Below the pieces are notes generated by a model, which did not search any database, was not told the DNA's origin, and was given only the letters and a program-made list of their open reading frames with translations. Below, in pieces: positions 32,925 to 45,178 of a stretch of 64,000 nucleotides of DNA (position 1 is the stretch's first letter; every line of letters begins with the position of its first letter). The stretch is from the human T2T-CHM13v2.0 reference genome, Homo sapiens: assembly GCF_009914755.1 (NCBI RefSeq), contig NC_060930.1, one strand, 5' to 3'. The translations under genes and the position numbers were made by a program.

Positions 32925-33520
32925 GTTCATTCAGTCACTTATTTAACATTTAGTAAGGCTTTTTCTAGGTCCTAGTCCTGGGAATGCAGGTAGATGAACA
33001 GGAAACCGAATTATAAAAGGGTAATGAGCTCTAGAGTAGACTTAGGAAATAAATTTGGAAGCACAGACGAAAAGTTCTTAATATAGACCCACTGGAGCCA
33101 TTAGAGAAGAATTCATGATGAAGGAGGTGAGAAAAACGCTGAAAGGCGGAGAATTTATATACAGAGGATTTGGAGATTCAAAGGGCACAATGGAATAGGT
33201 GGAGATAAAATTCAGAGGTGAAGAAATAGGGACATGAAAGGCCAGCTAGGTGGGAATGATGGTAGGCAAAAGGATAGAAAATTTCAAGATTTTACATCTG
33301 GGATAAAAATGAGGAGTTATGGGAAAAGAATTAATTGTTTTCAAGGTTCCAAAATGAACTATAGGGAAAAGCTATTTTGGAGGTACTTAGACGCAAAAAT
33401 AATTTTTTGTATACTTATGGGAATGCCATTAGGGTCAATTCTGCTCACTATCAATTAGAAGGGAGAAGTGTTAGAGAAAGAAGGTAGCAGAAAAGAGTTT
33501 GGTCTTGAGAAAATGCATTC
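32925..33520 (-). mobile_element. L2 relic
   Basis: 'ttcattcagtcacttatttaacatttagtaagg...gtcctgggaatgcag' followed by a purine-rich, highly decayed body. Confidence 0.5.
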
Positions 33521-33589
33521 TAAAATATCCTGGTGATGATAATTACCTACAATGATATTCAGCTCTGTTACGATTTTCCAAACAAATTT

Positions 33590-34370
33590 CTCATTTTAAA
33601 ATAGTTGTATTTAGAGAAAAATTGCAAAGATAGTACAAAATTCTCATATACTTCATATCGTTTCCTTTGTTATTAATATCATATATTAGTATAGTACATT
33701 TGTCACAATTAATGAACCAATATTGATATATTATAATTAAAGTAGATACTTCTTTTTTGAAAATTTTTAGTTTTTCCCCTAATATCTTTTTCATTTTCCA
33801 GAATCTGATCCAGGATACCACATTACATTTCATCCTCATATCTCCTTAGACTACTACTAAAAGTATATGTATAAAGTAATAGGGACCAAGACATTATGTA
33901 TAAAGTAATAGGAACCAAGGAAAATAGGCCTCTGGGGTGGGAATTTAAATTAATGGGGCTAGAAGTTGGATTGTGTTAATGTTTGCTGTTGCAATAGGTG
34001 TCAGAGTCTTAAAATTGCTCTACTCATCTCATTTTTATCTCGTTCTTGACTTGAGATTTTCTAAGTACCCTCCCTCAGAGAGAATCTATGTCTTGAATCT
34101 CTTCCCACTGTAATCCATTGTTATTATACTGGAGCCCTGTTGGTGTTGCAATGAGATGTGGAAGAGAGATAGCATTCTATAATATCATGATTAACTCTTG
34201 GTCTTTCAGTGGGCCTGTGTCTCAGGTGTGTTACTGTTCCAAGTATTCCTCCAGTGGTATAGTTACACACAACACACAGTTATACTCCCTACTCCTTTCT
34301 GTTGTTGCAGTATTGCCGATCTGTTTCCCTGAAGCTCTGATCCATAATGATAGTGCTTTTTTCCCCTGGG
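33590..34370 (-). mobile_element. L1MC-like relic: 3' end ~33590-33855 joined to a probable 5'-region piece
   Basis: 'gtacatttgtcacaattaatgaaccaatattgata' and 'atccaggataccacattacattt'. Confidence 0.6.
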
Positions 34371-37300
34371 GTGAGTTCCTTTTAATAAATGTTTATTTAG
34401 CACCTACTCTTTTCTAGGTACTGCTTTGATACTGGGAGAGTAAATTGGTTTTGAGGAAAAAATTATGTTGAAGGAGAAATTAAGGAAAATGGGAAAATTT
34501 CCTTCATTAGGAGATAGATTATGTGATCCAGTTTACAAGTAGAGAGATTAACCTTAGATAGTAGCTTGTACAGTTGATCATAGGGTATTGTAACATGCAG
34601 GAAGACAATATGTCAGCCCAGATGCAAAGTTGGTTAGTTGATTTAGGTTTATGAAGGTCTAAAGTTAGGAAAGACATCGGAAACTGAGCAGCCTCTCTCT
34701 CTGTCTGTGTTTCCCTCTCTCATAACTGTTTACGATAGAGAAAAACACAGAAACCTCTTCTTGTTTGCGCCATTCTCCAGTCTCTCTGAAGTTGACATTT
34801 GACACCATACTGCTGTGATGATACTGCTGTGATGGCTGCTCTACACTTCCTTCAGGTCCTCAGTTTAAGAGTGTAGAGTTGCTGTGTCTCAATGATAAGT
34901 TTCTGGAAGATAGAACTATACAATTTTCTCATCTGAGGCCAGGTGTCTATCACAGTTTCAGTTACTTACCTATAGACAATAATTTGCTCCACTGTTCACT
35001 TTGCATGGACTGTGATGACTGACTTTCTGAGAAGCATATATAAGCAGTTTCTAAAAGGACACATGAGTTGGGGGAAAATTATTTCAATTTCTAGCAAATG
35101 GGTTTGTATGTGTGTGTGCGTACACAGTGTATGCCGGTAAAACATCCAAAGTTGATCTATAAATTTCATTTGACATCCTTAAAAATACAGCTACGCTCAC
35201 ATGAATTTAGGATTTGATTTTGGAATAAGGACTCAAGAATAGTGAAATTCAGTTTAAACTATTGGTGCATAGTTTAAATTATAGTTGTAACTATTGGCAC
35301 ATCTTCTTTTATTAACTTTGGATACTTACTCAAGAATATATTTGATTACATACTGCCATGTGAATTCTACACCATAGTGGGTGAGCCATGGCCTTGAAAA
35401 TATATGCCATAGCTATTCCTCTTTCACTTCTAGTACATTTATCACACTCCAAAATGTCTTTTTAAAACCAACCTTTCACTATGCTTAATAATATCTATTG
35501 TATATTTTCAAATAGCTAGAAGAGATGATTTTGAATGTTCTCAACACAAAGAAATGATAAGTGTTTGAGGTGATGAATATGCTAATAACCCAGATTTGAT
35601 CATTACATATTGTATACATGTATTGAAATATCACTCTGGACAAAAATGGTCAACTGGAAGCAAGCTGCCTTGATTCTCCCACCACAGAAAAACAAAAATA
35701 AATGTACAGCACCATGGTGATCACCAGCAATATCCCAGAACCTAAATATGAAGATGAGACAGTTCCCAGAGCCACAGAGAAGTTTTAAAACTTAGCATAG
35801 ATGATAACAGAATTGGATTTTTATGTCTGCAATGCCCTTCCCCCAATCTCTCAGGCACAAAGCATACAGAAAATTTAACCCTAACACATGATTATACTGG
35901 AAAGAGTGAGATTAAGGTGGACAACCAGCTTTTTCACCATTTTGGGTTCCCTGACAGGAGACCTATATTTGTCTCAAGCCATGGGAAGCGTGATGAGTAC
36001 CTCAAGGGAAAATAATTCCTGAGGACAGTCAGAGACAAAGGGAGGAGGTGGGGCTAGCATCCCAGAGTGGAAAACTCCACTCTGTATCTCAGCCAAAGAA
36101 AATGCCAAATAAGAGTGGCTCTTCAGCAGCACCACACAGTAGGAGACACATTCCATGGGTCCCTTGGGCAAAAATCACTAGCCAGCTTTCCCACACTGCC
36201 AGGATTTTTTTTTCGGCGGGTCGCGGCCAGGGGGGCGGTGGGGATCGTCTCCATCTGGGATAGGCAGTGCTGCAAAGTTTGCTACGCTGGAGCTGGGGCA
36301 AATCTGGGTGTAATGCACCATCTAGTGCTGAAACTGAGGCAGTGACCAAGCAAAAAAAAAAAAAAAAAAAAAGAAAAAAATGTATTCAACAGGTATATTA
36401 CACAGAAATCTCTAGGCAAACATACCCAATACAAATCAAAACAAACAAGACAGAGAAGACTGGAATAAATAATCCTTTCATGCAAAGACATAGACATACA
36501 TACATGAGAAAAATAGCAGGTGGAAAACCATCATCTCCCCAAATGGACAAAGTAAAGAGCCAGTAACTAAACCTAACTAGATGGTGATGGGTGGGCTCTC
36601 TGGTCACAATTCAAAATGGCAGTTTAAAAAAAACTCACTTATCTCCAATACCATCCAGAAAATCATCTCAGAAATTTTTCAAATAAATTTAACAAAGAGA
36701 TTGTAATAAAAAATCAAACAGAAATCCTGGAACTGAGAAATATAATTGCTTAAATGCAAAATTCATTAGAGGCTCTAAACAGCAGAATGGATCAAGCAGA
36801 GAAAACTGGTGAGCTCAAAGACAGGTTATTAGAAAATACAGAGTCAGAGAAGAAAAAAGAAAAAATAATGCAAACAAATTAAGAACACCTACAAGATATA
36901 GACAATTACCTAAAAAGAGGAAATCTAAGAATTATTGGTGTTCAAGAGAGAGCTGAGCAGAAGCATGGGGTAGAAAGCTAATTCAAGGAAATAATAACAG
37001 AAAAATTTCCAAAACTCGAGAAAGATAGAAATATCCAGGTACAGGAAGGTCAGAGATCACCAAACAGATTAAGTGCCAAATAAAACTACCCCATGGCATA
37101 TAATAATCAAACTCTCAGGGGTTAAGGACAAAGAAAAGTTTCTAAAGCAGCAAGAGAAAAGAAGCAAATAACATATAAACGAGTTTCAATTCATCTGGCA
37201 ACAGATTTTTCAGCGAAAATCATAGACCAGGAAAAAGTGGGATGACATATTCACAGTACCGAAAGAAAAAAACTGCCAATCAAGAATTCTGTATCCAGCA

Positions 37301-38277
37301 AAGCTTTTTTTTTAAACATGAAGGAAACAGAAAGTCTCCCAGAGAAACAAAAGCTGAGGGAATTCATCACCACCAGACCCATTTTCTAAGAAATGCTGAA
37401 GGGAATTCAATCTGAAAGAAAAAAAAAACAAAAAAACTAATGCACAAAAGGAAAACATTTAAAGATATAAAACTCATTGGTAAAGGTAAGTGCACAGACA
37501 AACTCAGAATACTCTAATGGTAATTGTGGTGTGCAATCTACTTGTGACTGAGGTATGAAGAATAAAAGACAAATATATCCAAAAAATAGCTACAGAAACT
37601 TGCTAAGAATTACACAACATAAAAATACATGAATTGAGACAACAAAAAGTCAAAATATGGGGGTTGGAGTATGGAGTTAAAGTGAAGAGTCTTAAAAGTT
37701 TTTTCCATATTCATTTGCTTAATTATTTTCTTTGTGATGAAAGATAAGTTGTCATCTGTTTAAAATAATTAGTGATATGTAGAAGATTTTTTGTAAGGCT
37801 CACAGTAACACAGAGCAAAAACCTATAATAAATACACTAAAAATAAAAAAAATGAATTGAAACATGCTACCAGAAAATCACTTAAGCACAAAGGAAGACA
37901 GTAAAAAAGGAAGAAGAGAGAAGATACAAAACAACCACAAAACAGGTAACAAAATATCAGTAGTAAGTCTTACCTATTAATAACAACGTTAAATATAAAT
38001 GGACTAAATTATTCAATGAAAAGACATAGATTGGCTAAATGGATAAATAATCAAGACCTAACCATATGCTGCCCACAAGAAACTCACTTCACTCATAAAG
38101 ACAGGTACACTAAGAGTGAAGAGATGGAAAAAGATATTCCATGTAAATGGAAACTGAAAAGATTAGGAGTAGCTATACTTAGATAAAATAGAGTACAAGT
38201 CAAAGACTGTAAAAAGAGACAAAGAAGGTCACTGTACAATGATAAAGGGGTCAGCAAGAGAACATAACAACAGGATC

Positions 38278-38414
38278 TATATTGTTTAAAATTTAAAATT
38301 TAAACTATTTATATTATATTTATAATATTTTATATTTATTAAATATTAAATATTTATATTTATATTAAATAAATTTTATATTTATAATATAAAATTTAAA
38401 ATTTAAACAATATA
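38278..38414. repeat. AT-rich imperfect palindrome / low-complexity expansion
   Basis: 137 bp with 3 G/C bases; ends tatattgtttaaa and tttaaacaatata are exact reverse complements. Confidence 0.85.
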
Positions 38415-38974
38415 ATATAAATATACCCATGTATATAAAGCAAACATTAGTAGATCTAAAGGGAGAGGTAAATTGTGGTTCAATATTAGTAAAAGACTTC
38501 AATGCTCCATCTCAGTAACAGATCATCCAGAGAGAAAAATCAAGAAACATTGAAGTTAAACTACACACTAAACCAAATGGGCCCAACTGACACTTACAGA
38601 ACATTCAACCCCACTACTGAAGAATACACATTTTTCTCATCAGCACATGGAACATTCTCCAGAATAGACCCTAGGTTAGAAAACAAGTCTCAAAAAATTC
38701 AAAAAAGTTGAAATCATATCAAGTATTATTTCTGGCCACAATGGAATAAAACTGAAAATCAATAACAATAAGAACCTTGGAAACTAGGCAAATGTATGGA
38801 AATTAAACAACATGCTCCTGAACAATCAATTGGTCAATGAAGAAAGTAAGAACACGATTTAAAAATGTCTTGAAACAAATAAAAATAGAAATACAACATA
38901 TCAAAATCTATGGTATACATCAAAAACAATGCTGAAATGGGAGTTTATAGCAATACATCCTTATCGAAAAAGTA

Positions 38975-39270
38975 GGCTGGGTGCAGTGGCTTGCACCTGT
39001 AATCTCAGCACTTTGGCAGGCTGAAGTGGGAGCATCACTTGAGTCCAGGAATTTGAGACCAGCCTGGACAACATAGGGAGAACCCTGTCTCTACCAAAAA
39101 TAAAAAAAAATAGCTGGGCATGGTGGCACCAACTACTTGGTAGGCTAAGGTTGGAGGATCACTTGAGCTTGGGAGATCAAGGCTGCAGTGAGCTGTGATC
39201 ATGCCACTTGAACTCCAGCCTGGGTGACAAAGTAAGGCAGTGTCTAAAAAAAAAAAAAACAACAACAACT
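38975..39270 (+). mobile_element. AluJ inside the L1MA
   Basis: 'tcacttgagtccaggaatttgagacc' and 'gagatcaaggctgcagtgagc'; TSD aaaaagta on both sides. Confidence 0.9.
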
Positions 39271-42200
39271 AAAAAGTAAAAAGATTTCAAATTAACAAGC
39301 TAATGATGCACCTCAAAAAACTAGAAAAACAAAAACAAACCAAAGCTACAAAAGCTACATTTAGTAGAAGGAAAGAAAGAATAAAGGTCAGAACAGAAAT
39401 AAATGTAGTTGAGACTAAAAAAAATCTGCAAGATTAACAAAACAAAAATTTGGTTTTTTGAAAAGATAAACAACATTGACAAACCTTTATCTAGACTAAG
39501 AAAAAACCCAAATAAATAAAATCAGAAACATAAAATGAGACATAACAGCTGATACCACAGAAATACAATGAATTATTAGAGACTACTATGGAAGACTATA
39601 CACCAACAAATTGGGAATCCTAGAAGAAATGGATAAATTTCTGGACACATACAACTTACCAAGATTGAATCTTGAAGAAATAGAAAGCCTGAGCCTATCA
39701 ATAACTAGTAATGAGATCAAAGCCATATAAGTTCCCCATTGAAGAAAGAAAGCTCAAGATCTGATGGCTTCACTCCTGAATTCTACCAAACATTTAAAGA
39801 AGAAGCTGTCTCAATTCTACTCAAATTAAAAAAAATTAAAATATTGAAGAGGAAGGAATTATACCTAACTCATCCCTGACTCATTCTATGATGCCACTGT
39901 TCACCTGTAAGGACACAAGAACAAAAGAAGACTAGAGGCCAATATTCCTAATGAACATAGACATAGACATCCTCAACAAAATATTAATACTAGCAAACAG
40001 AATTCAACAACACATTAAAAAATTATTCACCATAATCAAGTCAAATCATTTCAGGAGTGCAAGGATGGTTGTACATAGGCAAATCAATGTATATAATACA
40101 CCACATTAACAGAACCAAGAACAAAAACCATATGATCATTTCAATAGATGCTGAAAGAACATTGGATAAATGCTTCCTTCTTTACTCATTTTGCTGAGCA
40201 TTATCATAAAGGGATGCTGAAAAAAACATTTTTTTCAGAAAAGAAGAAACATACCTCAAAACAAGAAAGGCCACATATGACAAAACTATAAGTAACATTA
40301 TAGTGAATGAAGAAAAATTAAAAACCTTTTCTCTAATACCTGAAACAAAACAAGAATGTGTACTTTTACCACTTTCACTCTACATAATACTAGTTGTCCT
40401 AGCCAGAGCAATCAGATAATATAAAGAAATAAAGGACATCCATGTTGGAAAGGAAAAAGTCAAATTATCCCTGTTCCCAGATGACATGATCTTATATTTA
40501 GACCTAAAGATTCTGCTAGAAAAGTATAAAAACTGATTCATGATGTTAGTGAAATCACAAGGTAGAAAAATCAACATACAAAAATTAGTATCATTTATAT
40601 ATGCCAAGAGTAAACAATCAAGTAAGCAATCCCTTTCATAAAGCTAAAAAATATAAGATACTTAGAAATAAATTTAAACAAAGAAGTGAAAGATCGCTAC
40701 AAGAAAAACTATAAAACTCTCGTGAAAAAAACTGAAGAAGACACAAAATTGGAAAGATATTTTATGCTCATGGATTCCAAGAATTAATATTGTTAAAATG
40801 TCAATACCACCCAAAGTAATGTACAGATTCAATGCAATCCTTATCAAAATACCTATAACATTCTTCACAGAAATAGAAAAAACAATCCTAAAATTTATTT
40901 GGAATCACAAAAGACCCCCTAATAACCAAAGCAATACTGAGCAAAAAGAACAAAGCTAGGGGCATCACACTACCTGATTTAAAAATATAAAATAAAACTA
41001 TAGTAACCGAAACAGCATGGTACTGGCATAAAAACAGACACATAGATTCATGGGACAAAAATAGAGAACCCAGAAATATATCCACAAGTGTACAGTCAAC
41101 TCATTTTTGACAAAGGTCCAAGAACATCCATTGGGAAAAGTGGTGCTGGGAAAGCCGTAACAGAAGAATGAAACTATACTCCTATCTATCACTTTATACA
41201 AAAATCAAATCAATATGGATTAAAGACTTAAATGTGAAACCTGAAACTATGAAACTACTAGAAGAGAACATTGGGGATGCTGCAATGTTTTCTTCTAGCA
41301 GAAAACTAGCTACTTACTAGTAGTTCCAAAAATGCACTAGAACATTGGTCTGTGCAAATATTTTTTGAGTAAAACTTCAAAAGCACAAGCAACAAAAGCA
41401 AAAATAGATACATGGCATTACATCAAGTTGAAAAGCCTCTGTACAACAAAGGAAATAATAAACAAAGTGAAGAAATAACATAGAGGATTGGAGAGAATAT
41501 TTGCAAACTATCCATCCAACAAGAGATTAATAACCGCAGTACATAAGAAACTCAAACAGCATAATAGCAGAAGCCCAAATAATCCAATTTAAAAATAGGC
41601 AAAAGATTTGAATAGACATTTGTTCAAAAGAAGACATACAAATGGCCAACAGGTATATTAAAAAATGCTCAACATCCCTAATCATCAGATAAATGCAAAT
41701 CAAAACCACAAGGAAATATCATCATACCCCAGTTTAAATAGCTTTTATCAGAAAAATGGAGAATAATGGATCTGGGGAGATGTAAAGAAGTGGAAACCTT
41801 GCACACTGTTAGTGAGAATGCAAAATAACAAGCCATTGTGGAAAACATAGTGGGGATTCCTCAAAAAACTAAAAATATAACTACCATATGATCCAGAAAT
41901 CCCACTACTAGTGTATATATTCAAAAGAAAAAAAAATATTGAAGAGATATTTGCACTCCCATATTTACTGCAACACTATTCCAAAATTTGGAATCCACCT
42001 AAGTGTCCATCAATGGATGAATGGATAAAAAAAGTGGTATATATGCACAATGGAATATTATCAATCATAAAAAATGAAATCCTATCATTTGCAGCAACAT
42101 GGATGAAACTGGGGGTCATTAAATTAAATGAAAATAAGCCAAGCACAGAAAGATGAATATCACAACCTCTCACTCTTAGGTGGGAGTTAAGAAAGTGGAT

Positions 42201-42984
42201 CCCATGAAGACAGAGTAGTTTGGTGGTTATCAGATGCCAGGAAGGGTAGGGAGGATGGAGGGGTTGAAGAGAGATTGATTAAGGGTACAAAAATACAAGT
42301 AGAAACGTGAAATAAGACCTACTGTTTGATAAATCAGTAGAGTGACTATAGTAAACAATAATCTATTATCATTTCAAAATAGCTAGCAGAGAATAATTTG
42401 AATGTTCCCAACATAAAAAAAAGCTAAAGTAATGGATATCCTAAGTACTTTGATTTGATCATTACACATAATATGAATATATCAAAATATCATATTTACC
42501 CCCAAATATGTACATCTATTATATATCAATAAAAATGTAGAAAAAGGAGTTATCATTATGTACCTCATAAATGTATATAATTATTATGTGTCAGTTAAAA
42601 AAAATCTAGTCTTTCATCCCAGATGGAGTCTGTTATTGTACTTGATGACCACTTAAGACAAAAACAAATGCTTCTCTGTTCTAACACTTGCTAACACTGG
42701 CTGAATTATTTAGACAGTGGAACACTCTCTTTTGGCCTATTACCAAAAAAGTCTTTATCCCTGTAGCAAAAAGCAGAATTGCATAGCAGTAAAATGCTAT
42801 ACAAAAAAATTATATTTTGGATTTATGAATATCAATATTTCTTTAATTATTATTATAATTTAGCAATATATCCAGAAAGAAATGTATCTTAAATTCAGAA
42901 AACTGCTTTCATTTGGTAAGAGCCCTATATATGAACAAAAGTGAGGGAAACAGCAAACTTTTATCTGTCAGTATGTTTTACTGG

Positions 42985-43935
42985 CAAATGTAGCTTCCAA
43001 TTGTCCCCCAGTATCTGTCCTCCCCTTCTTCTTTAGTGTTAGAGGCCCCAGTATGTATCTGGGCACAGGAAATAGGAATAAAGCCTACATTTTCCAATCC
43101 TCATTCTTTGCTGCTGATGTGACTATAACTAGGTTCCTACATAAAACTTCCAGCAAGTTTCCTTAAAAAGAGCATTTGTTCCTTTCTTCACACCTCCTTT
43201 TTTCCCTGCTGGCTGGGATTTAGATGTGATGGTTAAGCAACCACATTGAACTATGAAATAGAAGCTGTACATTGAGGATGCAGAGCTACAAAATATCCAG
43301 CATTTGGGTCCCTCACGCTTCTGAGCTTTCATATTTGCCTCAGACTGCTTTGTTCCTGTATCAGTTATCCAGTGCTGCAATAATACTGAGTAAGAAAGGT
43401 TCATAAAAATAAGTATTTTTCACACATATATGAGATTTAGCTGATCAGAAGCTAGGCTCCCTCATGCTTCCTGGAGGCCAATTGGGAGTTGGCTCATCTA
43501 AGCTGGGTTCAAATAGAGTAACTGGTATAACTCAGCCCTGCTCTATGTGCCTTTCGTCCTTCAGCAGACCAGCTGGGCACAACCCTGTCATGGTAATGAT
43601 AAAACCACAAATGAGCCAGCAGAAACAGCACGACATCTTAAGGTTTAGGCTTGGAACTTGAATACCAGCACTTCTGCCTCATTCTATTGGCCAAAGCAAG
43701 TCACAAGACAGGATTAGATTCAAGGAAATACATCCCACCTCTTCAGTGAGAGAAACTTCAATTTACATGACAAAGGGGGTGATATAGGCAGCAGTGAAGA
43801 ATAGGTGCTATTTTTGCAATCTTTCACATTTTCAGACTTCTTTTATGTAAGAGACAGACGTCTTTTAGTTTACAAGATATTGTAATTTAGTTTAGTTTTT
43901 GTTCTATGCAGCTGACCCTAATCTTAATTGATTTA
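42985..43935. mobile_element. Old MLT1 LTR (+) with a second MLT1 LTR (-, ~43357-43828) nested inside
   Basis: 'ccctgctggctgggatttagatgtgatgg...ccacattgaactatg'; nested copy 'tgtatcagttatc...attctattggccaaagcaagtcaca...ttttgcaatctttcaca'. Confidence 0.6.
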
Positions 43936-43959
43936 TTGGAATGTGAGCTCCATGACTAT

Positions 43960-44445
43960 TGCAGACTATAATTTGGCTCATCCAGCTCCCATTCCAATCC
44001 CCTTTAACTTAATTTCTAGAACTATAAAGACTGAAAAGCTAAAAAATATGATATCCCACTCCCTAGCAGCCAAGGTACTGCAAGCAATCTATTTTTTTAC
44101 TAGACTGACCCACCTATACTTGATTTGCAGATAGCAATGAGAAACATAGGTGGTGGCTGTACCAAGAAAGAGTGTATCTACTGGCAAAAATGATGTCAGA
44201 GGTGCCCATCTGAAGTGATAGTGAAGCTTCTGACTTGGTGTCACAAGTATTGGGGTGGGGAGCACAGTTGTGTTTTACATTTGGATACAGTAGTGTCTTT
44301 TGATTTTTCTCTTGGCTGCTCTATTCCTGGTTGGATAATCAGACCCAATACTTAGATACTCCAAGATACCTGTGAACTACGTAATTTTTTTTTAAAAAAA
44401 CTTGTTCTTCATAAGCCAGCTAGAGGGGATTCTGTTGTCTGCAGT
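43960..44445 (+). mobile_element. LTR33-like ERVL LTR relic
   Basis: 'actccctagcagccaagg' and 'taagccagctagaggggattctgttgtctgca'. Confidence 0.45.
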
Positions 44446-44479
44446 TATTTTCACAAACAATAGAAGATTTGATCAATTA

Positions 44480-44975
<496 letters not shown>

Positions 44976-45178
44976 CTTCCACACTATTGACATTTTGGAT
45001 GGGGTAATTCTTTGTTGTGGGGAGCTGTCCTGTGCATTGTGAGATGTTTAATAGCATTCTTGGCCTCTGTACACCAGATGCCAACAGCACAAAGCTTCTC
45101 AAGTTGTAACAATAAAAAACATCTCCACACTGGCAAATGTCCCCTTTGGGGCAAAATTACCCCCACTGAGAACCACTG
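44976..45178. mobile_element. MER20 (hAT-Charlie MITE), left end missing
   Basis: 'cactattgacattttggatggggtaattctttgttgtggggagctgtcctgtgcattgt...gagaaccactg'. Confidence 0.88.

Larger units (their letters stand above)
35639..42545 (+). mobile_element. Near full-length L1MA3/4-like LINE-1, heavily decayed
   Basis: 5'UTR from ~35639; ORF1-like ~36480-37440 ('ctaagaattattggtgttcaagag'); ORF2-like ~37955-42190 (RT 'ctgttcccagatgacatgatc'); L1MA 3'UTR with aataaa at ~42528. Confidence 0.85.
35488..42604 (+). mobile_element. Short L1MA 3' fragment (35488-35638 and ~42560-42604), split by a nested L1
   Basis: 'caaatagctagaagagatgattttgaatgttctcaacacaaagaaatgata...tatcactctg' resumes as 'tacctcataaatgtatataattattatgtgtcagttaaaa'. 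Confidence 0.75.

Noticed and set aside
34807-34834. Small tandem duplications (14 bp here, 16 bp at 45255-45286, ~31-bp period at 48992-49050)
   Set aside because: Ordinary slippage-type duplications with no further structure.
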